DNA of 64,000 bases from Candidatus Helarchaeota archaeon (GTDB taxonomy: Archaea > Asgardarchaeota > Lokiarchaeia > Helarchaeales > RDOG01): the NCBI GenBank assembly GCA_019058315.1, contig JAHPZH010000002.1, forward strand, positions 941,910 to 1,005,909. Reading direction: 5' to 3'. Positions 49,558 through 60,900 of this stretch are shown here, one piece after another. Within the stretch, counting starts at the first letter, position 1. The number at the start of each line of letters is the position of its first letter. The position numbers were made by a program, and so were the translations under genes. The notes below the pieces were generated by a model, which had not been told where the DNA came from, ran no database searches, and was given only the letters and a program-made list of their open reading frames with translations.

Positions 49558-50985
49558 TTATTTTGAAATAAAATTAGCGTATTCAACTACTTTAGACAGA
49601 GAATTCGTCAAATCTTTTATACTAGTAAAAAATGGAATACCAATATCTACCATCGTTTTCCTAAAATTATTAAATTGAGTAAAATCACCAAATATCCAGC
49701 AAAAGATAGGTTTTTTTATTGATTTTAAAATCCCACTAAACATTTCATTTCCCGCCATATCCCACCCTCGTTCTCTAACTGCAATAATCGTTAATATTAT
49801 GACATCCACGTTTTGGTCTCTCGACAAAGCGACAAGAGTGTCACCCAAAGCCACACCACCACTTTTATCAATTGCTGGCCATATATCGCATGGGTTATCT
49901 TTTCCAGTTTTCATCCAATCTGGAAAATATTTTGAAATTCTCTTTCTAATTTTTTCTTCATACACTGCCATTTTAAGATTTGGATTTTTTTCTACGTTAT
50001 CCGATAAAACAACGCCTGCCCCACCGCTTATTGTGAGGATTGCTACTCGATTATTTTTTGGAAGTTTACTTTCATTATCTAACAAGATAGAAAATACATG
50101 TAATACTTGTAAAAATTCGTTAAAATCATTCACTCTAATGATTCCCGTTTGTCTTATAACTCCATTTAAAATATCATCATTAGTTGATAATGAACCTGTA
50201 TGTGATAATGCAGCTTTAGATCCCCCTGCTGATGTTCCTCCTTTAAGAAGAATTATAGGTTTTTCTTTTACAATTTCTTTTGCGAGTTTAAAAAATCTCC
50301 TTCCGTCCATAAAACCTTCTAGATATAACCCAATTACCTTAGTTTTAGGATCTTTAGCCATATATTTCAGCGCATCACATTCATTTACATCAAGTTTATT
50401 TCCAATTGCTAAGATCTTATTAACTGGAGTATAATGTTTTGAAGGATTACCAGTAATAATCTGTAACATCATGCCTCCCGCCATCATACCACTCTGGGAA
50501 GCAATAGATACCGATCCCTTGAGCTCTTCTATATCAACCTCCCGCAAAGCCGGTTTCAAAGGCACAAATGGGGTAAAAAGTTGATTATGAAAATCTGCAT
50601 AACCAGTACAATTAGGGCCCCAAACTCTAATTCCAGCATCATTTGTCAGTCGTTTTATTTCGTTAAATAATTCAAGGTTTCCGACTTCATTGAATCCTGA
50701 TGATTCAATTAAGATAACTTTCACTTTTTTTTGGACGCATTCTTTTACTACTTTTGAAACGTTAGTAGGTGGAATGAATACTATAACAAGATCCAAGTCT
50801 ACTTCTACATCAAGAACTGAAGGATAAGCTTTCATATCCAATATTTTAGTTGCTGATGGGTTAATTGGGAAAATTTTTAAATTTTTTTGTAATGTTAAAT
50901 TTCTTATAATGTTATTGGAATCTTTATTAGGGTTCCGACTTGCCCCTACAATTGCAACGGTTTTAAATGAAAAGAATTTCTGCAT
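49558..50985 (-). CDS. Acyl-CoA synthetase (ADP-forming) alpha subunit-like protein
   Basis: VAIVGAS, GPNCTG, ASQSG, GNKLD, YLEG, ALSHTGSL, TISGGAG. Confidence 0.88.
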   Translation of the reverse strand: MQKFFSFKTVAIVGASRNPNKDSNNIIRNLTLQKNLKIFPINPSATKILDMKAYPSVLDVEVDLDLVIVFIPPTNVSKVVKECVQKKVKVILIESSGFNEVGNLELFNEIKRLTNDAGIRVWGPNCTGYADFHNQLFTPFVPLKPALREVDIEELKGSVSIASQSGMMAGGMMLQIITGNPSKHYTPVNKILAIGNKLDVNECDALKYMAKDPKTKVIGLYLEGFMDGRRFFKLAKEIVKEKPIILLKGGTSAGGSKAALSHTGSLSTNDDILNGVIRQTGIIRVNDFNEFLQVLHVFSILLDNESKLPKNNRVAILTISGGAGVVLSDNVEKNPNLKMAVYEEKIRKRISKYFPDWMKTGKDNPCDIWPAIDKSGGVALGDTLVALSRDQNVDVIILTIIAVRERGWDMAGNEMFSGILKSIKKPIFCWIFGDFTQFNNFRKTMVDIGIPFFTSIKDLTNSLSKVVEYANFISK

Positions 50986-51116
50986 ATATTATTTTTAAAA
51001 ATTCTTAACAAAAATTCTTCGATTAATTCTAAATTCCTCCATAATATTACCAAAAATAAAAAATAGATATTCATAAATTATATTTACAAATTACAAAGAA
51101 GTCTAAGGAGGTTATC

Positions 51117-52724
51117 ATGAAAAGTAAAAAAACTAGATTATTTGTAATTCTACAAATTCTCCTAATCTTTTCTTATATTATTGGAAATAATATATTAAGA
51201 CAAAGCTATATCATCTCAATTAATAACAATATAAATGAAACTAAAATTAAAATTCGAAATTCTCTTAATTTGGTATGGGAAAAAACCGGAAAAGCAATTT
51301 GTATCAGTTTAGATGATCAGATGTATCCTCAAATATGTAATGATGGTGCTGAAGGTATGATTATAACATGGCGAGATGAGAGATTTGGAAATTATGATAT
51401 TTTTGCACATCGAATAAATTCAAATGGTGATAATATATGGGTAAACAACGGAATGCCTGTAGTCATCGAAAGTAATTCTCAGAAAGATCCTCAAATATGT
51501 AGTAATGGTGAAGGAGGTGCAATTATAACTTGGGAGGATAATCGGATAGGATCTAATGGTTATGACATATATGTACAAAGATTAAATTCTACTGGATTCT
51601 GGAATTGGACATTGAATGGTGTTGTCGTATGTAATATGACGGGTAGTCAATATGATCCTAAAATTTGTGTAAGTAATGATAGTAGTGCAATAATTGTATG
51701 GAAAGATTCAAGGATATCTAATTATGATATTTATGCTCAGTTAGTTAATGTTTCTGGTCATATGAAATGGGATACCAATGGAACTATTGTTTGTAATGAA
51801 CAGAGCCTTCAAGATTATCCAGAAATTTGTAGTGATGGTTTTGGGGGAGTTATTATTGTTTGGGAAGATAATAGAACTGGTAATTATGATATATATGCCC
51901 AAAGAATTAATTATATGGGTCAAGCGATTTGGGGCAATAACGGTACAAGAATATGCAATGAAAGCGGTCATCAAAGAACTCCCAAAATTTGTAGTGATGG
52001 CTTAGGCGGAGCTATTATAACTTGGGATGATAATAGAAGTATTAATTATGATATTTATGCCCAAAGGATAAATAGTACTGGACATGTTCAATGGATTAAT
52101 AATGGGATAATAATCTGTAATGAAATTGATATTCAAGGTGGAGTAAAGATATGTGAAGATGGAACTGGAGGTGCTATTATATCCTGGATGGATAAAAGAA
52201 TTGGTACCAATTTTGATCTTTATGCTCAAAGGATTAATTCAACAGGTTTCACATTATGGATAAAAAATGGTACGGCTTTATGTATTTCGACGACTGATGA
52301 TGAATTTCATAAATTATGTTATATCGGTAATGGGGACGTAATAATTACTTGGTCGAATCAAGAAAGTGGACTTGGTTATGACTTAAATGCTCAATATATC
52401 AGTTCAGATGGAATTATTAAATGGGGATCAAAGGGTGCTGTTGTATGCAATATGGATAGTAGTCAAATATATCCTGATCTCATTAATTATCAAGATGGTG
52501 GAGCCTTTATAGCTTGGTCTGATTACAGAAATACCAATTATGATATATTTGCACAAAGAATTAGTGATCAAAATACAAAACCTCCATTTCTATATGAATT
52601 AATTGTCTTGTTTCTTATACAACCATCATCTTCGCTATTAAATATTATATTGAAACCATATATGTTAGGAATAATAATTGGAGTGATAATAATTTTTGTT
52701 ATCATTATTAAAAAGAAACGGTGA
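51117..52724 (+). CDS. Surface beta-propeller repeat protein with C-terminal anchor
   Basis: About seven PQICSDGxGGAIITWxDxR..YDIYAQRINS repeats; TM plus KKKR. Confidence 0.85.
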   Translation: MKSKKTRLFVILQILLIFSYIIGNNILRQSYIISINNNINETKIKIRNSLNLVWEKTGKAICISLDDQMYPQICNDGAEGMIITWRDERFGNYDIFAHRINSNGDNIWVNNGMPVVIESNSQKDPQICSNGEGGAIITWEDNRIGSNGYDIYVQRLNSTGFWNWTLNGVVVCNMTGSQYDPKICVSNDSSAIIVWKDSRISNYDIYAQLVNVSGHMKWDTNGTIVCNEQSLQDYPEICSDGFGGVIIVWEDNRTGNYDIYAQRINYMGQAIWGNNGTRICNESGHQRTPKICSDGLGGAIITWDDNRSINYDIYAQRINSTGHVQWINNGIIICNEIDIQGGVKICEDGTGGAIISWMDKRIGTNFDLYAQRINSTGFTLWIKNGTALCISTTDDEFHKLCYIGNGDVIITWSNQESGLGYDLNAQYISSDGIIKWGSKGAVVCNMDSSQIYPDLINYQDGGAFIAWSDYRNTNYDIFAQRISDQNTKPPFLYELIVLFLIQPSSSLLNIILKPYMLGIIIGVIIIFVIIIKKKR

Positions 52725-55700
52725 ATGAAAATAAGAAATCAATTTTTTAAAAGGAATAAGATTTTTTTTTCTTTATTTTTTTTGATAATAACTATATCAA
52801 CATTAATCATATTATTTTTACAGATCCAAAATTCAAAATTTGATTTAAATGAATCCTTTAAAAACAAAAAATTCGTTCCTAAATATTATATTAACAGTTT
52901 AAATAACCAAATCATTAATTTCAATGATTCTAGCAACTTTGATAAAACTATAGTACCTAATACAAATCCGCTTGAAAGTAGTATAAATATCCCGAATTCT
53001 TCTGATCTTATTATTGAATATAAGGTCTCTTATAAGAGTGCCACTATAAATTTTATTAATAATATGGGTGGAAGAATAAAAAGAATATATCGTTATTCAA
53101 ACCAAATGGCTATTTATATTCCAATTGAGAATTTAACTTTATTAAAAGAATACAAAGGTCTTATTAGAGTAACTAAAGATAGGTTATTTAGAGCTTTTTT
53201 ACAATCCTCCGTCCCAATTATAAAACCAACAGCTACTTGGGCTCAAATAGAAACTTATTTTGGCTGTGCAATTAATGGTAGTGGAGTGCGTGTGGCAGTT
53301 CTAGATACTGGTATTAATGGAACTCACTGGGATTTTTGGCCTCGTGTTATACATAATGTTAGTTATGTTATAGGTGAGTCATGGGCTGATCTAAATGGGC
53401 ATGGTTCGCATGTGGCAGGAATTATTGCTGGAAATGGAAATAGAAGCTTTGGACAAAATGTTGGAGTAGCTCCTAGAGCATATCTTATGAATTTCAAAGT
53501 TTTAAATAAAGATGGTGCTGGATTTGAAAGTGATATTCTCGCTGCGTTAGAAGATTGTGTATCAAATGCGACTGATATAATAAACCTTTCTTTGGGTACA
53601 TATGAAAGTTCAAATGGAACAGATCCATATTCAGAAAAAGTTCGTTGGGTTGTAGAACAAGGAATCCCAGTAATTACTGTTTCTGGAGTGAATCATATAG
53701 GGAACTATAATATATCCATTCCAGGTACTTGTCCAACTGCAATTACTGTAGGGGCAACTACTGATTTAGATGTCATATATAGCCCCCAATCAAATGGACC
53801 AACTTTACCACCCTCGTATGATGTAAAACCAGATTTATTAGCTCCAGGGGACCATATTACCTCAGTTTATAAAAATGGAACACCTGGGGAATATTATATA
53901 GAAGGTAGTGGCACCAGCATGGCCTGTGCCCATGTTAGTGGCATGATCGCCTTAATTAAACAAGTTCATCCTACTTGGTCTCCAAAAATGATTAAAGATG
54001 CACTTATGAATAATGCTTTGAATCTAAATAAAGATGTCTTTAGCCAAGGTGCAGGACGGATTCAAGGTCCACAGAGTATTAATACAACAGTTATTGTAAA
54101 TGGAAGTATCAATTTTGGCTTAGTGGGTTCAAATAGGTCGAGAACATCCTTTTTAACCATTATAAATCTGGACACCACAGCAAAATCTCTGATAATAAGT
54201 CATAGTAATCCTAATTATCAAACTATCCCTTTTATAAACCTCCCTGCATCTACTAGAATAACCATACCTATCAATTTGTCATTTAATTCATTTAATAATT
54301 ATCATAATTATGATTTCCTTAAATTAGATTTTGGTATTAATTCAATTCACTCTGTTATAAGTAGTATTTGTCCAAATATAACTTTGAATTATCCAAATAA
54401 AATAAAATATAATCAAATTTCCAACTTCAATGGCTCTCTAATTATTGATAATGCCACTACTTTTAATTACACGGGTTATAAAGCAAAACTTTATCTAAAT
54501 TCCATTTTAAGTAAAGAACAATTCCTCAATAGCTCTGGATATTTTAACTTAAATTATTCATCATTTTTAAGAGGTAATTATAACGTCAGTATAGCTATCT
54601 ATGATCAATACAATAATTTTATTCATCAAAATGATAAAATATTGAAAGCAGAGGGAAATGATGTTGATATATTTAGTTTTGGTATTACGGAACAGGAAAA
54701 AATTGGCTTTATCTATTTAGAATTTTCTAATTTGGATGTTGGAAATGCAGTTGTAGATATTTTCACTCTTACTCATGCTTGGGTTAGATATACTGTAAAA
54801 GTCATCGATGGTAGAGCCATATTTTATACATTAGGGGTACTACCTGTGGGTTCATATCCTATACGAATTGAATTCAATGGTTCGTTAAAAGCAAATCCAG
54901 CAAGTGATAATTCCTTTTTATTTATTATTCCAAATAATGAAAAAGACACCCAAACAAGAAATAATTTAATAATTTTTGGAGTTCCTATAGTTGCATTCGC
55001 AATAATATCAATTGCAGTAATTTTAGAAAAAAGAAAACCAAAAATATTAAAAATTAAGAAAACAAAAAAAGTTATTGAGGAAACTAAAGATGAAGGAGAG
55101 GTAAGAGAAATAATTGAATTTGCCAGGTTACATTATGACAATAAACTGATTCAATTAAGTTGTTTTCGTAAATTATTTGATAAAGCTAAGGAAATGAGAG
55201 AAAAAAAAGATCCGTTCAATAAAAAAATATTTAGAGAGATAATTTATCATTTTAATTTTTATTCGAAGAATATTTCAATGAACGATCCTCAAGTCTATAC
55301 TACTGCTCAATTCAAAGAACTGTGGGAAATTAAGATGTTCTCATATTTATATATAGGTAACACTGAAAGAGCACAAAAATTAATGAAAAAACTAATTGAT
55401 TTCTGTAAAGATTCTAAAGACCCTGAATATAAAAAATGGCAACAAATATACAAAGATTATTTTTCAAGTGATTACATCCAAGAAGATCATTTGGTCTCCG
55501 AACAATTAAAAAAGTCTACAGAAAATGAAGTTCGAGAAAACACCTTATTGTTTGGAGATGAAAAAAGTATAATAAACAATTATCAAGAGATATTATTTGA
55601 AATCATGGGATTAATAAAAACACGGGAAAGAAACAAATTAATTAACGAGAGAATTTCAAAGAAAATTATCCAGATTTATGAAAATTGGAAAAAAGAATAT

Positions 55701-55922
55701 AATATAAATTTTAAGCAGCTATCTAAAATTCAATATAATGATCTATGTAAAATTCTTTGTTGGTCTTATATCAATATAAATAAATTAAAAAATGCTAGGG
55801 AAATTGCTAGGGATGCAATAGATTATTTCAGGAAAAGAAAAGAAAAGGATAACATATTATTTTGGAAGAATGGTATATATCTAATTTCGTTAATTATTAA
55901 AAGTAAGCATAATAAAAGATAA
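52725..55922 (+). CDS. Membrane-anchored subtilisin-like S8 protease with cytoplasmic helical domain
   Basis: Catalytic motifs VLDTG, NGHGSHVAG, SGTSMACAH; VKPDLLAPG; TM LIIFGVPIVAFAIISIAVIL. Confidence 0.9.
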   Translation: MKIRNQFFKRNKIFFSLFFLIITISTLIILFLQIQNSKFDLNESFKNKKFVPKYYINSLNNQIINFNDSSNFDKTIVPNTNPLESSINIPNSSDLIIEYKVSYKSATINFINNMGGRIKRIYRYSNQMAIYIPIENLTLLKEYKGLIRVTKDRLFRAFLQSSVPIIKPTATWAQIETYFGCAINGSGVRVAVLDTGINGTHWDFWPRVIHNVSYVIGESWADLNGHGSHVAGIIAGNGNRSFGQNVGVAPRAYLMNFKVLNKDGAGFESDILAALEDCVSNATDIINLSLGTYESSNGTDPYSEKVRWVVEQGIPVITVSGVNHIGNYNISIPGTCPTAITVGATTDLDVIYSPQSNGPTLPPSYDVKPDLLAPGDHITSVYKNGTPGEYYIEGSGTSMACAHVSGMIALIKQVHPTWSPKMIKDALMNNALNLNKDVFSQGAGRIQGPQSINTTVIVNGSINFGLVGSNRSRTSFLTIINLDTTAKSLIISHSNPNYQTIPFINLPASTRITIPINLSFNSFNNYHNYDFLKLDFGINSIHSVISSICPNITLNYPNKIKYNQISNFNGSLIIDNATTFNYTGYKAKLYLNSILSKEQFLNSSGYFNLNYSSFLRGNYNVSIAIYDQYNNFIHQNDKILKAEGNDVDIFSFGITEQEKIGFIYLEFSNLDVGNAVVDIFTLTHAWVRYTVKVIDGRAIFYTLGVLPVGSYPIRIEFNGSLKANPASDNSFLFIIPNNEKDTQTRNNLIIFGVPIVAFAIISIAVILEKRKPKILKIKKTKKVIEETKDEGEVREIIEFARLHYDNKLIQLSCFRKLFDKAKEMREKKDPFNKKIFREIIYHFNFYSKNISMNDPQVYTTAQFKELWEIKMFSYLYIGNTERAQKLMKKLIDFCKDSKDPEYKKWQQIYKDYFSSDYIQEDHLVSEQLKKSTENEVRENTLLFGDEKSIINNYQEILFEIMGLIKTRERNKLINERISKKIIQIYENWKKEYNINFKQLSKIQYNDLCKILCWSYININKLKNAREIARDAIDYFRKRKEKDNILFWKNGIYLISLIIKSKHNKR

Positions 55923-55995
55923 TTATTAAAAAAAAATCTAAATAAATTTAAAAAAAAATATTTATAAATAATAAAAAATACTAATGTGATTAAAT

Positions 55996-57894
55996 TTGAG
56001 GGAAAAAAAAGCATTCTGGTTAATTTTAGCATGTATTATTTTTGTCTTGTGTTCTCCAGCAATGAATAAACGGATTATATTCAATTATTTTTCATATAAT
56101 GAAAAAAATAATCGCTATACTCAATTGTCTACGAATCAAGTTCCAAATTTCTTATGGGAAGACAATGGTACTCCTATATGTACCGAAAATAATCATCAAA
56201 CTTTAGGGAGAATATGTACAGATACTACAGGAGGTGCAATAATAGTATGGGGTGATACAAGGAATATAGAATCGGACATTTATGTTCAGAGAATCACCGC
56301 CACTGGTCAAAAATTATGGAATAATAATGGAACTGTAATAACTAATGCAAGTGGAGATCAAAAACTCCCTAAGATTACCAGCGATGGTATAGGAGGTGCA
56401 ATTATCACTTGGATTAATGGTAGTGGTCTTAGCCAAGATATTTATTCTCAATATATAAACTCTACAGGAAATATTCAATGGAATCGCAATGGTACAAAAA
56501 TTTGTAATGAGAGTGGAAATCAGGATAAACCTCAAATCTGTTCTCCTATGAATGAAAATGCAATTATAACTTGGCAAGATCAACGTTTTTCAGATTGGGA
56601 TATCTATGCTCAATTAATAAATTCTTCCGGAAACATAAAATGGAAACCTAACGGAGTAGTCATTTCTAATGCTAGTAGTGATCAAGAAGAACCTCAAATA
56701 TGTAGTGATGGAAAAGATGGTGCAATTATAGTTTGGATGGATCATAGAGGCACTGATTATGATATCTATGCACAGAAAATAAATGCGACAGGTCATACCA
56801 AATGGGATAAAAATGGAACAGTAATATGTAACGTAAGTAATGATCAGAAGTCCCCTCAATTATGCTCAGACGGAAATGGTGGTGCATTTATTATTTGGAT
56901 TGACAACCGTACTGGAAATTGGGACATATTTTCACAAAGAATAAATAGTTCAGGTTATGTTCAATGGACTAAAAATGGTATTATAATTTGTAATGCAAAT
57001 CAAAGTCAAGTATATCCTCAGATATGTAATGATGGTTTCTTAGGTGCAATAATTACGTGGAGTGACTATAGGAGTGAAATTGATTTCGATATTTTTGCAC
57101 AACGAATAAATTCTTCGGGAAATGGATTATGGGGTAATAATGGTACTATAATATGTAATATGAGCAATGATCAAGCTTTTTCAAAGTTATGTACTGATGA
57201 GAATGGTGGCGCAATCATCGGTTGGCAAAGTTCTGGAGGTGCTTCTGGTACAGATATTTATACACAGCGTATTAATTCAACTGGGGATATTAAATGGGTA
57301 TCTAATGGTATATCCATTTGTACAGAGTCTGGTAATCAATTTGGTCCCTTAATGGTGAGCGATAACACTGGCGGTGTAGTTTTAACATGGCATGATTATA
57401 GAAATTCAGAATGGGATATTTTTGCTCAGCATATAAAAAACATTATACCGACTACAAACCAACCTGAATATATTACAACGACTATAAATAGTACAGAAAG
57501 TATCAATTGGACGGTATTTGACGATTTTGGTGGGGGTATGTTCCGAATTTGGACAAATGACACTAATAACAACAATTATATTTGGATAAATTGGACATTT
57601 TGGACTAAAAATACATCATATTTAATTCCAATCAATACTTCATATCCTGGAGTTTACAATTATACAATTGAATATTATGATGAACAATTACAATTTGGAA
57701 TTCCAAATACTGTGATAATTACAATTACAAATAGAACTAAATCTGGAGCTAATTTGGATTTATTATTGATTTTAGCTTTAGGTTTAAAACAACCCCAATT
57801 TTTAGATAAATTATTTGATCCTCTAGTAACTTTAGGCGGCATAATTGTCTTAACAATAATAATTATAATTGTAATTTATAAAAAGAAACAATAA
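55996..57894 (+). CDS. Surface beta-propeller repeat protein with Ig-like stalk and C-terminal anchor
   Basis: Same repeats as 51117..52724; PGVYNYTIEYYD stalk; TM plus KKKQ. Confidence 0.85.
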   Translation: MREKKAFWLILACIIFVLCSPAMNKRIIFNYFSYNEKNNRYTQLSTNQVPNFLWEDNGTPICTENNHQTLGRICTDTTGGAIIVWGDTRNIESDIYVQRITATGQKLWNNNGTVITNASGDQKLPKITSDGIGGAIITWINGSGLSQDIYSQYINSTGNIQWNRNGTKICNESGNQDKPQICSPMNENAIITWQDQRFSDWDIYAQLINSSGNIKWKPNGVVISNASSDQEEPQICSDGKDGAIIVWMDHRGTDYDIYAQKINATGHTKWDKNGTVICNVSNDQKSPQLCSDGNGGAFIIWIDNRTGNWDIFSQRINSSGYVQWTKNGIIICNANQSQVYPQICNDGFLGAIITWSDYRSEIDFDIFAQRINSSGNGLWGNNGTIICNMSNDQAFSKLCTDENGGAIIGWQSSGGASGTDIYTQRINSTGDIKWVSNGISICTESGNQFGPLMVSDNTGGVVLTWHDYRNSEWDIFAQHIKNIIPTTNQPEYITTTINSTESINWTVFDDFGGGMFRIWTNDTNNNNYIWINWTFWTKNTSYLIPINTSYPGVYNYTIEYYDEQLQFGIPNTVIITITNRTKSGANLDLLLILALGLKQPQFLDKLFDPLVTLGGIIVLTIIIIIVIYKKKQ

Positions 57895-57950
57895 TTCACG
57901 TTCTTTCTTTTTATTTTTCAAAAATTTCTAAAGATTTGTAATATACATCC

Positions 57951-60900
57951 TTATGAAAATGGAGAATAACCAACTATTCTTCCTATATCTCTCTTAAACG
58001 TATCCCAAGACATACCTAACATTATTTCACTCCTAAATTTTTTGGTTCTAGTTATTTTATATGAATAATATAAAGATCTTTGCAGACTACGAATATTGTT
58101 TTCCATAGTCTTTGGAATAAAAGTATAATCATCTCCAAATGGATTATAAAATAGTTTGGCATCAGGAAATTTATAAACTTGTGGTTCAGTAACTCTACGA
58201 CCAAATAAAAAGGAGGGTTTCTCTATAAGTTGACCAAAAATTTCAATTGACGCTCCTGCTTGTAATGGTCTTCCAAGAATATCCTCATCTAATTTACTAA
58301 CCCGCTCTAAAGGTTCGTAAAACGTCTCTCTGATTGATGGGATGTCGCCCGCTCCTTCCAGACTTGTCAAATAAGCTCTCTGAGCTCTGACCTCCTCTGC
58401 CTTCTCAGCTTTAGACCTCATATCAAAACCTAATTTTCCACCGACCTTTTTAATGGCAGTATCTATACCTTCATCTAAAATATAGGAAATAACTGCACCA
58501 ATAACATAATTTACTACATGACCATAGAAAAATTTAGGAGCATAACCTCCAATTATTGGTCCTGTGTTTATATACCATTGTGCTGCTTGAGGGATAGGAT
58601 TAGAAAATTCGAAATTCGCAAATGCATATCCCGTTCTTGGGGATCCTGCCAATTCTCCAGCTAAACCAGCTATTCCTCTAGCTGCAAGGGTTAAAAGTCC
58701 AGCGTGTAAAAATAATTCTGAAACAGTATCTGCTACAGTATAAGCTATCAATGCTATTGCAGCAGGTGAGGTTGCCCCATAAGAAATAATTGTTGAAGCG
58801 ATAGCGGCAATACAGACTCCGATTTTTACAATTGGTTCGAAATAAGCTGTATACCACTCCCAATCCTTCATAGTGAGTTTATGTAATGCTTTATAACTTG
58901 AATAAGCAAGTTTATAATCCTTATCGATTTCCAGAGGTATACCCATATATTTTACATCTAATAAATGACCTCTACGAAATTCATTCTGTTGTTCTAAGGT
59001 TAAGGAATTGAAATCTTTTCCATAGTTTTCCATTGCATATTGTTCTGGGTCGTAATCGTATATTTTAATTGTCAACCATGGTATTTGAACTTCTGCTCCA
59101 AGCATACTTAGCCAAGAATTCCAAATAAAATTATCTAATGGATAACCAAGAGAAACTTTATGGATATCTTTATTTAGATCCAGTTTAAATGGTTCTGCTT
59201 CATTTGAGGCATATACATAGGTAATATAGAACGTACTATCTGCCTTAGGAGTGTCTCCTACCCATTGGATCGAATTATAATATGGACTCTCTTCATCCTT
59301 TATATGTTTATAGTCAATATCTTTATAAAAGACCGTCTCATATTGAATAGTTATGTCATTTCCACCAGGAGAGTAAGGGGCTCCGTCCAGATAAAGGTGG
59401 ATGGTAAAAATGGGTGATTTTAATAGAAATTCCTCGATTTCGACGGTATACTGGTATCCTGAATTTATTTCATCTGTATAATCAAATGGTTGATTAATAT
59501 TTTGATCAATAATAATCATATTTTCATGATCTAAAGGGATATGAGTTAATTCATAAGAATTTGAGGTTGTAGATTCAAAAGTGTCAAGTTTTATGCCTTC
59601 TACATTAATAATATTTCCAGATTTAAGTAAGAAATTATATTCTTCTGAAGGTAGATATTCATATGCATCTCTTGCTTCTTTCATCCAGGAAGAATCTTCT
59701 TCCTCACCATATGAATTTTGAAAATTGCTCTCAATCCATATATATGCATTATTCACATCTGGGAAATGGGCTTTTAACGCAGCATCGAGTCTAATTTCGA
59801 ATGTTATATCCTGCAAAATAACGAATGGTAATCTTAATAATGTACCATAAGTATTAAACATTTCCCATTCTAATGGCTCTGAGGTAGCTATCCTTAATTG
59901 TAATGGTTCTCCAAATTCAGACCAACCAAATCCAGGGTCCCGTAAGGTTTTTTCATTAAATGGCATATCCGGATCTGTATATTGCTCATATAATTCCCAG
60001 TCTGTGTAATAACTCCTATAATCATGATCATTTATCCCCATATGACTAAAACCAGTGAAATACCCATACCAATCAGCACCCCATACACCTCCAAATAAAC
60101 CAGGTTCCGCAAGGTCAGAAAGTGGGAGCGGAGGACCAAATAGAACTTCTGGCATCATTAAAAATGCAGTAATTGGCATGACAAGAAAGTTTAAAGCATG
60201 AAAAAGTGGAGCATACCAAGTTGGTAATACAGTACCCCAAGCTTTGTTATAGATTGGTCTATTAAATGAATAAGTAGCAGGAATAAAGTCAGTCGTGACT
60301 GCTGGCCAATATCCTTCCCAATCAATACCAAAAGCACCAGTAGACGGATTCATATCAAGTAAATCGAAGCCAAATACACGTTTATGGATATTCCCAATCA
60401 TATTCTTATATCTATTACTTGTTATTGTGGTTAATTGTTGAAGTGTAATGAAATTTGTTATATATGCAGCGGTGAAACTAGTATTTAAATGGAACAAAGT
60501 AATCGGGTTTTGACTCATAGTATATGCTACAAATCCTCCACCATTATCATTTGCTTGAATAATACAAGGTATAGTGACTCCATCATATGAATTTCCAAAT
60601 CGGGCAAAATCAACTATTATTCTATCATAATAATCAATCAATGGTCTAACAAGTACTCCATAATTGGGAATATAGGGATCATTTAGACCTTCCCACATAT
60701 ATTTTCCATTATCAGTAGGTATTACTTCTCCTATACTTTTATTTATTTTGTAAGATGTATCAAGCAACGCCCATTTTATCCAATCCATATCCCTATTTTC
60801 TTCAAATTCGTCTTTATCCCTAAAATTAGTCTCTGCAGCCCAGTAATAATTAAATTCCATAGTTATTGATGGTGTAATAATGACTCTATAAGAATTATAT

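Noticed and set aside
4267-58863. Short antisense or overlapping ORFs in the track (e.g. 4267, 22561, 30349, 39209, 44655, 49799)
   Set aside because: They are shadows of well-supported genes on another strand or frame.
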